From Eledone cirrhosa (Eukaryota), in NCBI GenBank assembly GCA_964016885.1, contig OZ024749.1, positions 45,446,001 through 45,510,000 of the forward strand: a stretch of 64,000 nt of DNA, given 5' to 3'. Each line of letters begins with the position of its first letter. Position 1 is the stretch's first letter. Of this stretch, positions 13,671 through 27,553 are shown piece by piece. A model generated the notes under the pieces. That model worked only from the letters and a program-made list of their open reading frames with translations. It did no database searches and was not told the DNA's origin. The translations under genes and the position numbers were made by a program.

Positions 13671-14044
13671 CACATATATATATATATATCTATATATTGC
13701 ATTTAAAATAATTGAAAATGGAGTAGGATGGTTAACATTCGAAAGAGCAATGTGGAAAAAATAACAATTTAGATAATAGGGAATGAAAAAAATATCCTGA
13801 TGTATGAAAAAAATGATTCACATGAAAGTAAATGTTTTCTTCCTTTTATTGATTTATATGAAATTTATATCAAATTCATATCAGATTTCAGATGTCAGCC
13901 TTTTTTACCAGTGGCAGCAAGCACCTGCTTTAATGATTGTGTCTGCTCATGCTGAAGACGGCTAGGCAAAACATCAAATAATTCTTCTGCACAAACATAG
14001 AGAGACCAATAATTACTAAATTTATTATTATTATTATCATCACT

Positions 14045-14160
14045 GTTGCTGCTGCTCCTGCTACTACTACTACTACTACTACTACTAATACCACTGCTGC
14101 TGTTGCTGCTGCTGCTGCTACTGCTACTACTACTACTACTACTACTACTGCTGCTGCTGA

Positions 14161-14206
<46 letters not shown>

Positions 14207-14214
14207 GCTGCTGT

Positions 14215-14260
<46 letters not shown>

Positions 14261-14287
14261 GCTACTACTACTACTACTACTACTACA

Positions 14288-14334
<47 letters not shown>

Positions 14335-14335
14335 A

Positions 14336-14395
<60 letters not shown>

Positions 14396-14414
14396 GCTGC
14401 TGTTGCTGCTACTG

Positions 14415-14473
<59 letters not shown>

Positions 14474-14480
14474 GCTGCTG

Positions 14481-14518
<38 letters not shown>

Positions 14519-14526
14519 GCTGCTGA

Positions 14527-14585
<59 letters not shown>
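14045..14585. repeat. (CTA)n/(CTG)n trinucleotide array
   Basis: Direct reading; source of the poly-S/V/L ORFs. Confidence 0.97.
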
Positions 14586-14598
14586 GTGATAATAATAA

Positions 14599-14716
14599 CA
14601 ATTCTTTCTACTTTTGGCACAAGACCACCAATTACCCCAGTGGATTACTGATTCTTTATTTTATCGACCTCGGAAGGATGAAAGGCAAGGTCAACCTCGG
14701 CGGGATTTGAACTCAG
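14599..14716 (-). mobile_element. 5'-truncated SINE family A
   Basis: tttctacttttggcacaagacc...ggatgaaaggcaaggtcaacctcggcgggatttgaactcag; its tail abuts the CTA array. Confidence 0.88.
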
Positions 14717-15360
14717 CGGGATAAACAATAATAATAAATGATAATGACGACAATACCACATTATATTAAAATAAACTAGGAATATTTCTTTAATAGGAGA
14801 GGCTTGTATCTTAGAATATTTTCCAAGAAAATCTCCTAATCGACGTCTCAAGTCACTTTGTTACAATACATGCATTAAAACAGCCGACACTCTCCAGGGT
14901 AAACCTTACTTGTGGTCCTTAAAATGGTGAGGTCTGCGACGAGAATGAACATTTCTGTACTCAAAACATATAGTTGTCTCCATCACAGTTTATGTTACAA
15001 TATCTACCAGGTAGAAGAAGAGTCACCATGCTTCTTTTCTAATCAATTTGGTAAATCGATATACATCATTGACTCAGTTTATAGCCAAATATGACCTACA
15101 CTTAATTTCAGACTTTGGCTAAGCTTGTGCAGTTAAGACGCATTAAGCACACATATAATAAATTTCTATCATGGTACACTGGAGGTCTAGACTGAGGCGG
15201 ATATAAGTATTATTTCAAAATACAACCCATACAGATGGATGACCAGAAAACTCAGACAAATATATTCCCATTCTTCACGATTATATGCAATTTCTTAAAA
15301 CACATGTTAATGTCTCTCTCTCCCTCTATCTTCCTTCCTCTCTCTCTTTTTCTCTCTCTC

Positions 15361-16008
<648 letters not shown>

Positions 16009-16749
16009 ACTACCCGATGTAAAAAAATCACCATAAGAGAAGTATTAAATTTTCAAGTGAAAATGTTAAAAAGAAAAAAGTATGAAAGAATAACGAGAAT
16101 CGAGAACTTGAAATAACATTGATAATAGCCATTATGATATATATGTATGCATATATATTGTTTCCAATTGCCAAAAATATAATAAATATACGCATATATG
16201 TATAATGAATTATATCATAAATACACACACACACCACATATATATATTGTATTATATTATATATACATATATTATATATCATATTTATATAATATAGGAT
16301 ATTATAATATAATATCCGGCATTTTAATATAATGTATGAAAATAATAGTAATAAATATAGATTACATAGAATTTCCACCTATCTTTGACAATTGTTGTGC
16401 TTACTAACCTTCAGTGCATTTTTACCTTAAATGTTTCTATATGATTTCCTACGTTATATCGTTCTCGATAACACTGCATATATTCTTCTTCGGTACAATC
16501 CAATTTAAAAGTTTTCTAAGAATGGCTATAAATAGTATGATATTTGTTCATACTTTTAATACTTCTATATTACTACACAATCCCCCCCCCCACACACACA
16601 CGTACACACACACACACACGTACACACACACGTGCATACACAAACACACACACATACACATTTATGTATAATAGTAGAATATTGATGGGTTATATCCGTA
16701 ATAGTAGAGCACCGAGTCCATGGTACGAATTTGGTAGAAGTTGTGGAAC

Positions 16750-16799
<50 letters not shown>

Positions 16800-17176
16800 G
16801 AGAGAGCCACTTAATTTCGACTAAATTATATACCGGGATTCCCTCGTATTTTTATGCACATTAATCTTGCAGGTCAATTATACAAGGTAAGGTCTAGGTG
16901 GTAATATCCAAAGTATTGGAAAATTTAGTGACACCACAAAGATTTAATACGTATTTAAAGGAAAACCAAATACTTAAATGAATTAAACATATTGGATTCT
17001 TCCAAGACTGATTTAGTGAAAAGACGAAATAATTCCTAATCAATAATGTTGATTAATGGCTTACATTCTCCCATCACGTCATCAGGAATAATAGAAGTAG
17101 AAATGCCAATCAGTGAAGTATAAATACAAGCTCACTGTTGAGGTCACATATTGCTGTTCCTTTTTTTGTTTGTTAG

Positions 17177-17361
17177 CCAAGAATTCATATATGGCTCAAG
17201 CGACAGTATGGCTTATATTCGGAAATTCTCTCCCAAGAACCGATCAAATGTTACTACAAAATACACTTCAAGGACATGGAGGTGATGTTGTGGCAAGCAA
17301 GTGGAACCCTTTCATCAACAAGTGAATCACAGCTGCCGAAGATGGTATCATCAGAATTTGG
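17177..17361 (+). pseudogene. Decayed WD40-repeat exon 1
   Basis: Acceptor tttttttgtttgttag, donor gtcagt; translates QEFIYGSSDSMAYIRKFSPK/(frameshift near 17240)/DQMLLQNTLQGHGGDVVASKWNPFINK*ITAAEDGIIRIW. GH...W WD40 pattern; TGA at 17323-17325 sits where a Trp is expected. Confidence 0.82.
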
Positions 17362-17459
17362 GTCAGTTTTTGTCTTTATTCTTTTATTCTTTTACTGCTT
17401 TCAGTTATTTGACCTCTTCAGTAATATTTATTTTCATGTCTGGTGCTTATTTCTGGTGC

Positions 17460-17520
17460 AACTTTGCCTTTCATCCTTTTGAGGTTGATAAAAATAGTAC
17501 CAGTTCAGTATGGGGTTGAT
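17460..17520 (+). mobile_element. SINE family A central fragment
   Basis: aactttgcctttcatccttttgaggttgataaaaatagtaccag. Confidence 0.75.
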
Positions 17521-17828
17521 TATTCCACTATATCTCTTTCTAACTTTCTTTCTCTCCATCTCTATCCTTCTATAGAAGAAATTGGTTGAGTTCAGACCTG
17601 GAGAGGAGATGGACTCTACCAAGTTTAAAAATACCCAAGAAATGCCATATATCAATATGGCTCACCTAGGATGCCATCAGGAGTTACGCGACCAGACACA
17701 CATACATACATACATATATATACACACACATACATATATACATACATATTTACCTATATACACACACACATATATGTGGTATTTATCAATTAAAAGTAGT
17801 TAAGATGGGGTTACTCTACCATAATTGC

Positions 17829-17875
17829 TTTATTGTATGATATATGTTTCTGTTACATGTGACTTCATCAGATGC
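17829..17875 (-). ncRNA. Degenerate type I hammerhead motif followed by AATAAA
   Basis: Minus strand GCAU-CUGAUGA-AGUCAC AU GUAACA-GAAAC AUAU AUC^AUAC-AAUAAA; single mismatches in the stems. Confidence 0.5.
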
Positions 17876-17981
17876 TCATACAATCATGGGGATATATTGC
17901 TGGTCATGTATTACCATCCTGTTGTTATGTCAGCAGACATATGATATATGATATATTAATATATATTTCCTTATTTGACCG

Positions 17982-18097
17982 TCTTCATCTGGTTTGAACA
18001 ATTGTGAACGAGTTTTATCGGCCCATGGTACCATCTATTGTCTCATCATTGACAAGCTGAATGGAAATCTTATTGCTGCAGTTCAAAACACAATGAA
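17982..18097 (+). pseudogene. Decayed WD40-repeat exon 2
   Basis: Open frame SSSGLNNCERVLSAHGTIYCLIIDKLNGNLIAAVQNTM(K); donor gtatgt; acceptor reads ...tttgacCG instead of AG; phase 0 start matches the end of exon 1. Confidence 0.75.
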
Positions 18098-18224
18098 GTA
18101 TGTATGGAAATATATCTGCCTGTCTGTATTTTAGCCTGTATAAAGCATATTTGAGCTAGCTTGTGGTATAATATGTTTGAAATATATTTTATTTTAATCC
18201 ACTTTTATATATCATTATCACCGT

Positions 18225-18712
18225 TTTATATCTGTTCTTCCATGCTAGCATGGGTTAGACGGGTTGTCCTGTTGTGGGCAGTGTCCGGTCAGCTGACCAT
18301 GTCTTGCTCATACTGGAACTGATTCTGGCATGATTTCTACAGCTGGATGCCCTTCTTAACACCAACCTCATTTACAGTGAGTGCTGGGTGCTTTTTTTCC
18401 GTGGCGCATACACGTCCACTTTACAATGTGGGCTGGGTGCTTTTTTGCGGTTGTACCTCCACGACCACTTTACAGTGGGGTGGGTGTGGGGGCATATTGT
18501 CTATATGCTTCAGCTTCGGCTTGTACCCGTGGAAAGTCGGATCTTCTGTATTACTGCGAGACGCCAGAGGTCACAGTCGTGTGTCATCACCTTTGAGAGG
18601 TGCAATTGGATAAGGTCAGCTTTTATCACCTCATCTCAGGTCTTCTTGGGTCTCCCCACTCCACGGCTTCCATCGATTTTTAGTGCACCTTTTTATGCAG
18701 CTGTCATCCTTT
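18225..18712 (-). mobile_element. RTE-clade LINE 3' remnant with conserved 3' tail
   Basis: Minus strand encodes DGSRGVGRPKKT*DEVIKADL (the GRP..TW motif of RTE C-termini) near 18615-18676; the plus strand carries tail motifs ctggatgcccttcttaacaccaacc and catgctagcatgggttagacg. Confidence 0.65.
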
Positions 18713-18748
18713 ATATGCATATATATATATTCAATTTCTTGCTTGCAG

Positions 18749-18840
18749 GGTATTTGACATTGAGAGTTTGTGTTGTACAGGTGAATGTAGGTCACACTGA
18801 TGTTGTAAAAGACATTGTCCACGTACCCAGCAGACACCAG
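18749..18840 (+). pseudogene. Decayed WD40-repeat exon 3
   Basis: Acceptor tttcttgcttgcag, donor gtaaat; phase 2 start completes the Lys codon from exon 2; VFDIESL/(frameshift)/VVQVNVGHTDVVKDIVHVPSRHQ contains the GH-D WD40 start. Confidence 0.8.
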
Positions 18841-18900
18841 GTAAATAAACTAGAGTGGGGATGTTGTTGTCTCACGTATATGACTTGTTTTTGTGAGCAT

Positions 18901-18931
<31 letters not shown>

Positions 18932-19028
18932 ATTAAAATACTGGAGCGTGTTGGAGTTAAACACCCTCTTCGTATTATAGAAATGACAGTAAAAGGTATA
19001 GCTCAATGTAATTAAACAGAGCCGAAGA

Positions 19029-19339
19029 ATTATGAAAGTAAAACAAAGAAGCCTTCAATACATCAAAAGTCTTTATTGCTTTGGACTATATTTGTAATAT
19101 GGTTCTAAATGTTATACACCTCTTTAGTGATTTTTATTATATATTTCTATTATATATTTTTACCCATAATCTTGCAATACTTTAGTGTATGTACACTCCA
19201 TATTCTTCGGAGTTTTCGGCTTGTATTGGCCGATAATACTTCTTGTTGTTTTAATTGCCCTGATGAGTCCTTAATAGGACGAAACATTGTTGGCTAATAA
19301 AGACTTTTGATGTATTGAAGGCTTCTTTGTTTTACTTTC

Positions 19340-19344
<5 letters not shown>
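19029..19344 (+). mobile_element. Hammerhead-bearing element with perfect 49-bp inverted repeats
   Basis: 19029-19077 is the exact reverse complement of 19296-19344; the 3' end abuts (TA)n. Confidence 0.8.
19254..19298 (+). ncRNA. Type I minimal hammerhead ribozyme motif
   Basis: GCC-CUGAUGA-GUCCU UAAU AGGAC-GAAAC AUU GUU^GGC; canonical G10.1-C11.1 pair, 5-bp stem II; AATAAA at 19296-19301. Confidence 0.8.
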
Positions 19345-19388
<44 letters not shown>

Positions 19389-19404
19389 TTATGAGGTTTT
19401 TTAT

Positions 19405-19630
19405 ATGAAATCGTGTCTCGAAACAAATATTGTTATACTTGGGGAGGGTCATATTTGTGTAATATTGCAGAATTAATAACAGAACACACTCACTGTTTGG
19501 TTGGTTTTCGCTTTTCGCTTCTGTGTCTTTTATATCGGTAATCTAATTTATTCGGTCCTCAATGTTGCCATATATACATATAATTATACTTTGGGAGGGT
19601 CATGCTGCCAATAGTAACACAGGCACCTAT
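19405..19630. mobile_element. Two fragments of family P3 terminal repeat
   Basis: ttatactt(g/t)ggGagggtc occurs at about 19434 and 19584 and matches the 23068-23120 arm. Confidence 0.6.
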
Positions 19631-20220
19631 TCGATTTCACTTCAATGTATTATACATTATCAGTGAGTTGGTTGGTTTGATAACCGGATAGTTGTTTATA
19701 TATTCTCAAAGCTCTTTTGTCACATATTCTGTCACCTCAGAGACTGGGTTTTTATTTTGTGTACACCTTGTTCTGTCCTACAATATCTTGTTTTATATAT
19801 ATATATATATATCGACACACACTCACGCATGCATGCCGACACTGTCACACATGTTACGGCTCTACTTCGAATAAATAAACCTTATTCCCTGGAACTCTAC
19901 GTCTCCAGCGACGCTACGTGTTCTGATATTTTCCCTAATATTTATACTATATATAAAAAAAGATTTAGTTGTCGAAACAACAACAGTAGATAATGAAAGT
20001 ATAATAATAGCACAATATAGGATACTCAACAAAATCAATATTTCCATCTATCTATATATATTATTTTTCTTTTTACGTAAACTATATAATGATTGCAAAC
20101 CTGAAAATATAACGGAAATTGAAATAAAAAGAAATGAACAAACATACTCACACCCCGAAATCATACACATATGCATTCATATATAACGGAACTAATACAC
20201 AAACACACACACACACACAC

Positions 20221-20391
<171 letters not shown>

Positions 20392-20447
20392 GATATACAT
20401 ATATATATATTATCAGAACAGATTAAAGTTTATTATTACTCTATGTA

Positions 20448-20638
20448 GGGCGGTGAATTGGCAGTATCGGTAGAGGGTCGGACGCCTTGCTTTGATGCAT
20501 AGAGTTACGGACCTTGCCATTCTGAGTTCAAATCCCGCCGAGGTTAACTTTGCTTTCATCCTTACGGGGTCGATAATATAATTTACCAGTAATGCACTGG
20601 TTAATTGCTAGCCTTGTGCCAAAATGTAGTAGAAACAA
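20448..20638 (+). mobile_element. Full-length tRNA-SINE family A
   Basis: Complete copy; TSD ttattactctatgta at 20433-20447 and 20639-20653. Confidence 0.93.
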
Positions 20639-21437
20639 TTATTACTCTATGTATATATATACATATATATTATTTTGTAAAATATGAAAAGTTCAACATT
20701 TATTTCGAAACCTAAACATATATATATTTTGCCAGATAAAATATATACAACAAAGGGAAAAAACGGCGAACATGGTATGCTATTGAAAGAGCATTGACAT
20801 ATCTTTAATATTGCAAATGTACCAAGACACAAACACACACACACACACACATACACAGGCTTCAACTATTATAGGCTTTTTGATGAAGTGTAATAAATAA
20901 TTAAGTATTGAATATGATTGAATATATACTGTAGTCAGCATATGTAGACAACTTTAATTAACACAGAAACATATGTTAAAGCAAATAAATTACTAATCTC
21001 CTCCACGCTGATGTTCTACTTTTGTTTGCAATACTTGTTTATATATATATATAGTAAGAGAAACGAAGTAAGAGAAACAAAGAGAAGGAGAGAGTGAAAC
21101 AAAGAATGGAAAACTAAGTAAAATTGCTAGGGCAGATCACATCGCATTGATAACAATTAGTAAGCAAAATAGAACTATACAATATTTAGTGACAGAGTGA
21201 AAATGAGTTACAATGAAAGGGATATCCATAGAGATATAGAAAATAAAACTAAGAACAAGAGCGTGATTTACGCAGGGCATGGTAGATTGTTGTATATATG
21301 GAGACATGAACAGATTAGGAAACGATAGCGTTAGTGATATATCTAGAAATACGAAGTGGGGAGATATCGTGAGAGAGCGAAAAAGAGGAAATAGTACACA
21401 CAATAATAGCACTGTGACACTCATATATATATATATC

Positions 21438-21530
<93 letters not shown>

Positions 21531-21655
21531 CAGAGGTATCAAGATTGAAAGCCATGACGGTTATTTAAAAATATATATATATGTATATATGTATGTATAC
21601 ATGTATGTACGTATATAGGTATGTATGTATTTAACAACGTCTTCATGTATATATC

Positions 21656-21717
<62 letters not shown>

Positions 21718-21767
21718 TGCCCTCGTACCCTCCCCTATACTCATTCTATAATTCTACACAGACAGAC

Positions 21768-21811
<44 letters not shown>

Positions 21812-22121
21812 CTCACACACAGATGTCTAGTATTATAGAGTGAGTGTAGTGGGAGAATATATATATATATACATACACGCACACATATGTCTAGTATTAT
21901 AGAGTGAGTGTAGTGGGGGGAAGTAGGGCTTCATGATATAAAGATGACACTACAACTAAAAATAAAATTTACTTAATTGTGCGTGTCGCAGACGGTGAAA
22001 AATTAGAAAGCGTGACCATCTGGTCCATATAGACAGCAAAACTGCAAAAAACGCCGATGCGAAGTTTTATGGTAGATATTTCCCTGATGACGCAGTTGCG
22101 GAGTATTTATTTTTACTAATA

Positions 22122-22152
<31 letters not shown>

Positions 22153-22221
22153 TTGTTTTTTCCAGTAAAACTATATTAAATGGTAATGGAAGAGGAGAGA
22201 ACTTAGCAGGCAGAAAGTAGA

Positions 22222-22383
22222 TAATGATGTTGATGGCAATGGGGATGATGATGATGATGATGGTGATGATGATGGTGATGGTGATGGTGATGGTGATGGT
22301 GATGATGATGATGGTAAAGATGGGGAGGATGGTGATGGTGAATGGGAGGAAGATGATGTTGATGGTGGCAGTGATGATGATGG

Positions 22384-22415
<32 letters not shown>

Positions 22416-22497
22416 TTGATGATGATAATGGTGATGGTAAAGAGGATGCTGACGATGAAGATGATGATAATGGCAATGTAGATGATAATGATGATGG

Positions 22498-22538
<41 letters not shown>

Positions 22539-22540
22539 GG
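22222..22540. repeat. (GAT/GGT)n trinucleotide array
   Basis: Direct reading. Confidence 0.95.
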
Positions 22541-22755
22541 AATATATGATGATAGAAGTAGATGTTAGGCAGAAGAACGTAAAAAAAGGGAGGAAATTCT
22601 TTGAAAAATAAACAAAATATAGAAAAATGAATCTGAAGGAAATGGACATATTACTTTTATTGGAGGTTATTTATATTGTGATTTTATATTTCAGTAAACG
22701 GTAAGCAAAACGAATTGTAAATATGCATGTATATATATATATATATAAGTATATG

Positions 22756-22848
<93 letters not shown>

Positions 22849-23010
22849 ATATATATGTATATATATATATATATGTATATGTATATGTGTGTATATGTGT
22901 ATATAATGTATATATATATATATATATATGTATATGTATATGTGTGTATATGTATATATATATATGTATATATATGTATATATATGTATACATATATATA
23001 TATATATATA

Positions 23011-23321
23011 TTTCGTTTCTGAATTTGTTTAGCAAGATTCTTTATCTGAAAACGTGTGTTGAAACGGATATTGTTATACTTTGGGAGGGTCGTGTTGCCA
23101 ATAAGGAACTCACGCACCAGATGTTTTCACTGAAGAGGTCACAGAATGTGTGACGATATAACTTTGACAATATTTAAACAACCATCTGGTTGTGGAACCA
23201 ATCAACCACCGGAAATTTATAAATTCCTAAATTTATACATTTATTTTAATAAATTGAAGTGAAAGTTACTGGTGCGTGTTTTTCTTATTGGCAACATGAC
23301 CCTACCAAAGTATAACAATAT
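23011..23321 (+). mobile_element. (TA)n-embedded element family P3 with 53-bp inverted repeats and hammerhead-like relic
   Basis: 23068-23120 versus 23269-23321 are imperfect inverted repeats; CTGAAGA-G-GTCACA GAATG TGTGAC-GATA at 23130-23158, homologous to 35055-35082. Confidence 0.7.
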
Positions 23322-23334
23322 ATATATACATATA

Positions 23335-23419
<85 letters not shown>

Positions 23420-23479
23420 GTGTGTGTGTGTGTATACATATACATATATACATATATATATATATATGTATATATGTAC

Positions 23480-23510
<31 letters not shown>

Positions 23511-23565
23511 CATACATGTGTATGTATATATATATATATATGTACATACATGTATATATATATAT

Positions 23566-23648
23566 ATAAAGGGTGTCCCAAAAATGTATATACATGCTTA
23601 TTAGAATGTTGTTAGGGTGTGTATACGTTCTTTGGGACAACCCGCATA
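23566..23648. mobile_element. Tiny Tc1/mariner-type MITE
   Basis: gggtgtcccaaaaatgtatatac ... gtgtatacgttctttgggacaaccc inverted ends inside (TA)n. Confidence 0.65.
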
Positions 23649-24584
23649 TATATATATATATTTATAGATTTACATACGTTTATATACATACAAGCAAACA
23701 TACACACACATACAAACACACACACACACCCTCACACACACACATACACATACTCACACACATATATACATATTCAAATATAAAAATGACATCTATATGT
23801 ACTTTCCTAATGATCTTCTAAAAATGAAACAGTTTGCAACTTGTAGATATCCTTAGTGTATAAAATACATATATACACTCACCATAACCCCCCCCCCCCC
23901 CCACACACACACACACCATATATATATACGCACATTGTGTATGTGATTCGGTGAACTACGGTTGGTGGTAACAATATGAGCACTCGATGCACAGCCTGAA
24001 TGTTTATACTATGTTACATAAATTTAAGTTATTATTGTGTATCCATGAGTTTCGTAGAGGAATGGCTCAAGGTCATTCATTCAAGTTATGAACCAGATTC
24101 CAGTATCGATCTGCTTTTCAGACTGATGATTCGACAAATATTCATATATATATATATACATATAAATATATATATATTTCGTTTTTGAATTTGTATATAT
24201 ATATTTTTTTTCTAAATATATATATATATATTAGATATATATATATATTTATATATATATATCAGATTTAGAGCAAACATCATGGGCGCTCTATCTCAAA
24301 TTTATTTTTGAAAAGCATTAGAAATGTGCAACCGGTAAAAATTAAAACCAAAACTGAATACTAACCAATACTTATTACTAATTTTTACTTATTCCTAATT
24401 AAACTAATTTTCACTTGGAACAATTTGTTAGCATTTTCTTTTCCTTTTACCGATATATCATAACTCATGTGTTACACCTCTATTCTTTTAAATATATATA
24501 TATATTTATTTATTTATTTATATATCAATATGAGTTGGTAACTCTGTATTTTTATTTCTATATATATATATTTATATTTATATT

Positions 24585-24615
<31 letters not shown>

Positions 24616-25088
24616 TTATATTTATATATGCATGTATATATACGTGTGTGTGAGAAAGAGTAAGGTTGTATTATTAATAGACATATTTTGCACTACTCAC
24701 TAACTCAATACTTTCAATTCATTGATTACCAAGCAAATGTATTAGTTTTGACTTTTCTAATATTCTTTTTTTATATTTACCCATTTTTTTTTTTTGTTTT
24801 TGTTTATTTGTATATTTTTCTCACCTTTTTTTAATTTCTTTTACAATCTACTACGAAGAATCTCTCTTATTTACTTTGTTCTGTATTTATATTTTTTAAC
24901 TATAATCATATTTATTCTTTCATGGTATGATCCTCCAAGCAAGTCATTCTTTCTTCATATACGAACAGAAAATTTTACCAAACATTATCTGTAATATATT
25001 CAGAATACAAAACCTATCTATCTACCTATCTACCTATCTACCTATCACTCAATCTATCTATCTATTTTTCTATCTATCTATCTGTCTA

Positions 25089-25209
<121 letters not shown>

Positions 25210-25211
25210 GC

Positions 25212-25242
<31 letters not shown>

Positions 25243-26267
25243 TACACACACACACACACACACACGCACACACACACACACACACTCGCATATGTATATA
25301 TGTAAAACTATCTATGAATTTCTCTGTCTTTCTATATATTTATGTATCCGTGTGTGCGTGCGTATTTATATGTGTGTGCATGTGTGTGTGTGTGTGTGCA
25401 TGTGTGCGTTGTGCGTGTGTGTATGTGTGTGTTTGCGTGCGTCATTCTATATAACTTCCTATATGTATTTGTATACACGTATGTTTGATTGCGTATATGA
25501 GGCATATATGTGTGAAAATATGATCTCAGAAATATATGCATATATATATATTTTTTTTTTTTGTGGACATACGTTTGTGTGTATGTGTAGACGTGTGTGC
25601 GTGTGTGTGTGTGCAAATTGACTAACATATTTTCGTAAATATTTCTTGCTTTCACTTTAAAAGCTATTGCACTAAAAATTCTACATTATTTCCTTCTTCT
25701 TAAACTCTAATACAGACACCCAAAGAAATAACAACTACTACTACAACAACAACAACAAATAGATAAGAAGATGATGATGATGATAATTATATCAATGATG
25801 ATGATGATGATGATAATGATAATAATACTAATAAAAATAATAATGATGATAATAATAATAATAATAATTATAATAATAATAATGATAGTAATAATAATTA
25901 CAATACCATACAAGAACACTAACATAGGTAAATAAATATATACTCCTATACGCATTATAATACGCTAAAAGCTGTATTTAGACGCTAGGTAATGAATATG
26001 GTGTATTGAAAAAAGTTAATATATATACACATATTATGTACCAAATCACAAATTACAGATATTTACATTTACGTAAAAGTATATATGTAATGGTTTATAT
26101 ATGTTTATATATATATATAGTGTGCCCTTTGTTTCGTTATTTTTGTTATTTAGATTTACCTTTTACATACATACATGCACACTCACACATACATATATAT
26201 ATATATATATACACACCTACCCACACACTCACAAACATATATACACATATAAAGACCCCCACCCCAC

Positions 26268-26342
<75 letters not shown>

Positions 26343-26744
26343 TTGACATCAATGAAGAAACTGTGTAATAAGCTAACTTTGCAGTTAGATAGACAAGATT
26401 TTGTACAATAGTTACTTTATTTCCATATACGTTTCTTTGATGTATATATGTTGTTTTTATTTTGTATATATTTTGTATATATATATTGGTGTATATACAT
26501 TATATTTATTTTATGTTCTGCTTATTTTAATTCTTACGTTTTGTATTTAGTTATATTTTCATCTTTGTAATAAAGTACGTTTTTCTTTTCTCTATTTTTA
26601 ACCCCAGAATTTTACACTTATTTCATTTATTTTGACGAGCAAGACAAATATCGCAAAGTCTTTAACTTGATAGCCATCACCATCATCATTGATCCACCCC
26701 ACCAAGAATATCATCACCACTAACGCATCACCATCCTCCTCGTC

Positions 26745-26950
26745 ATCATGATTATCGTCATCATCATCATCATCATTATCATTATCCTCATTTTCATCAC
26801 CATCTTCATTATCCTCACCTTCACATCCTCATCTTCATCATCATTTCTTCTTCTTCTTCTTCTTCTTCTTCTTCTTCTTCTTCTTCTTCTTCTTCTTCTT
26901 CTTCTTCTTCTTCTTCTTCTTCTTCTTCTTCTTCTTCTTCTTCTTCTTCA
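26745..26950. repeat. (CAT)n/(CTT)n array
   Basis: Direct reading. Confidence 0.95.
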
Positions 26951-26994
26951 TGAGACTATTGTTGTTATGTTTCATTTTGTGTATCGCTAAAGCA

Positions 26995-27105
26995 CCGGGC
27001 AACAAGCTTTATGGCATATAGTTACGTCCATTTATATTATAAGTTCAAATCCCGTCGAGGTTAGATTTGCTTTTCGTTCTTTCGGAGCCGAGAAAATAAT
27101 TCCGA
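26995..27105 (+). mobile_element. Degenerate SINE family A fragment
   Basis: tagttacgtccattta...aagttcaaatcccgtcgaggttagatttgcttttc. Confidence 0.6.
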
Positions 27106-27462
27106 TGAACACCTCTTCATTTAGAAGGTCGTAAAGCAGTAATTAACGACAAAACCAGTTCAGTATTTTGCTCGACTGAATTTTGTATACTCTCTCCACA
27201 TGAAGTCGTTAGTGACACTTTAAAGTGCACCTTATTAATGATTAAGAAGACATTGTCAAACAGACACATTGTGAGAAGGAATGCGAAGCCATTCTCCCTC
27301 TCCCCCTCATTCACTCTCACACTCACATACGCATGCGCGCATACACACACATATTCACACACATACACATATATATATATACATTCACACACACACATAT
27401 ATATATATATATACGTATATATATATATGTGTATATATATATATATATCATTACCATTATAA

Positions 27463-27553
27463 GGGGTCTGACGAGACGTAGATTACTGAGTCGGGCTAGA
27501 TCGATACAGATCGAACCTTGAGCTGATGAGTGCCGAAACGCGCGTCACCAACC
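27463..27553 (+). ncRNA. Type I hammerhead motif with long stem II and palindromic stem III
   Basis: GGU-CUGACGA(27468-27474)-G...60 nt...C-GAAAC GCGC GUC^ACC, cut after 27546; AATAAA at 27554-27559; element lies between (TA)n tracts. Confidence 0.7.

Noticed and set aside
13895-14651. Poly-Ser/Val/Leu ORFs of 200-240 aa
   Set aside because: Frames of a (CTA)n array fused to a SINE tail.
17323-17325. In-frame TGA as selenocysteine or editing-rescued codon
   Set aside because: Accompanied by two frameshifts and a broken acceptor in the same gene; pseudogenisation is the simpler explanation.
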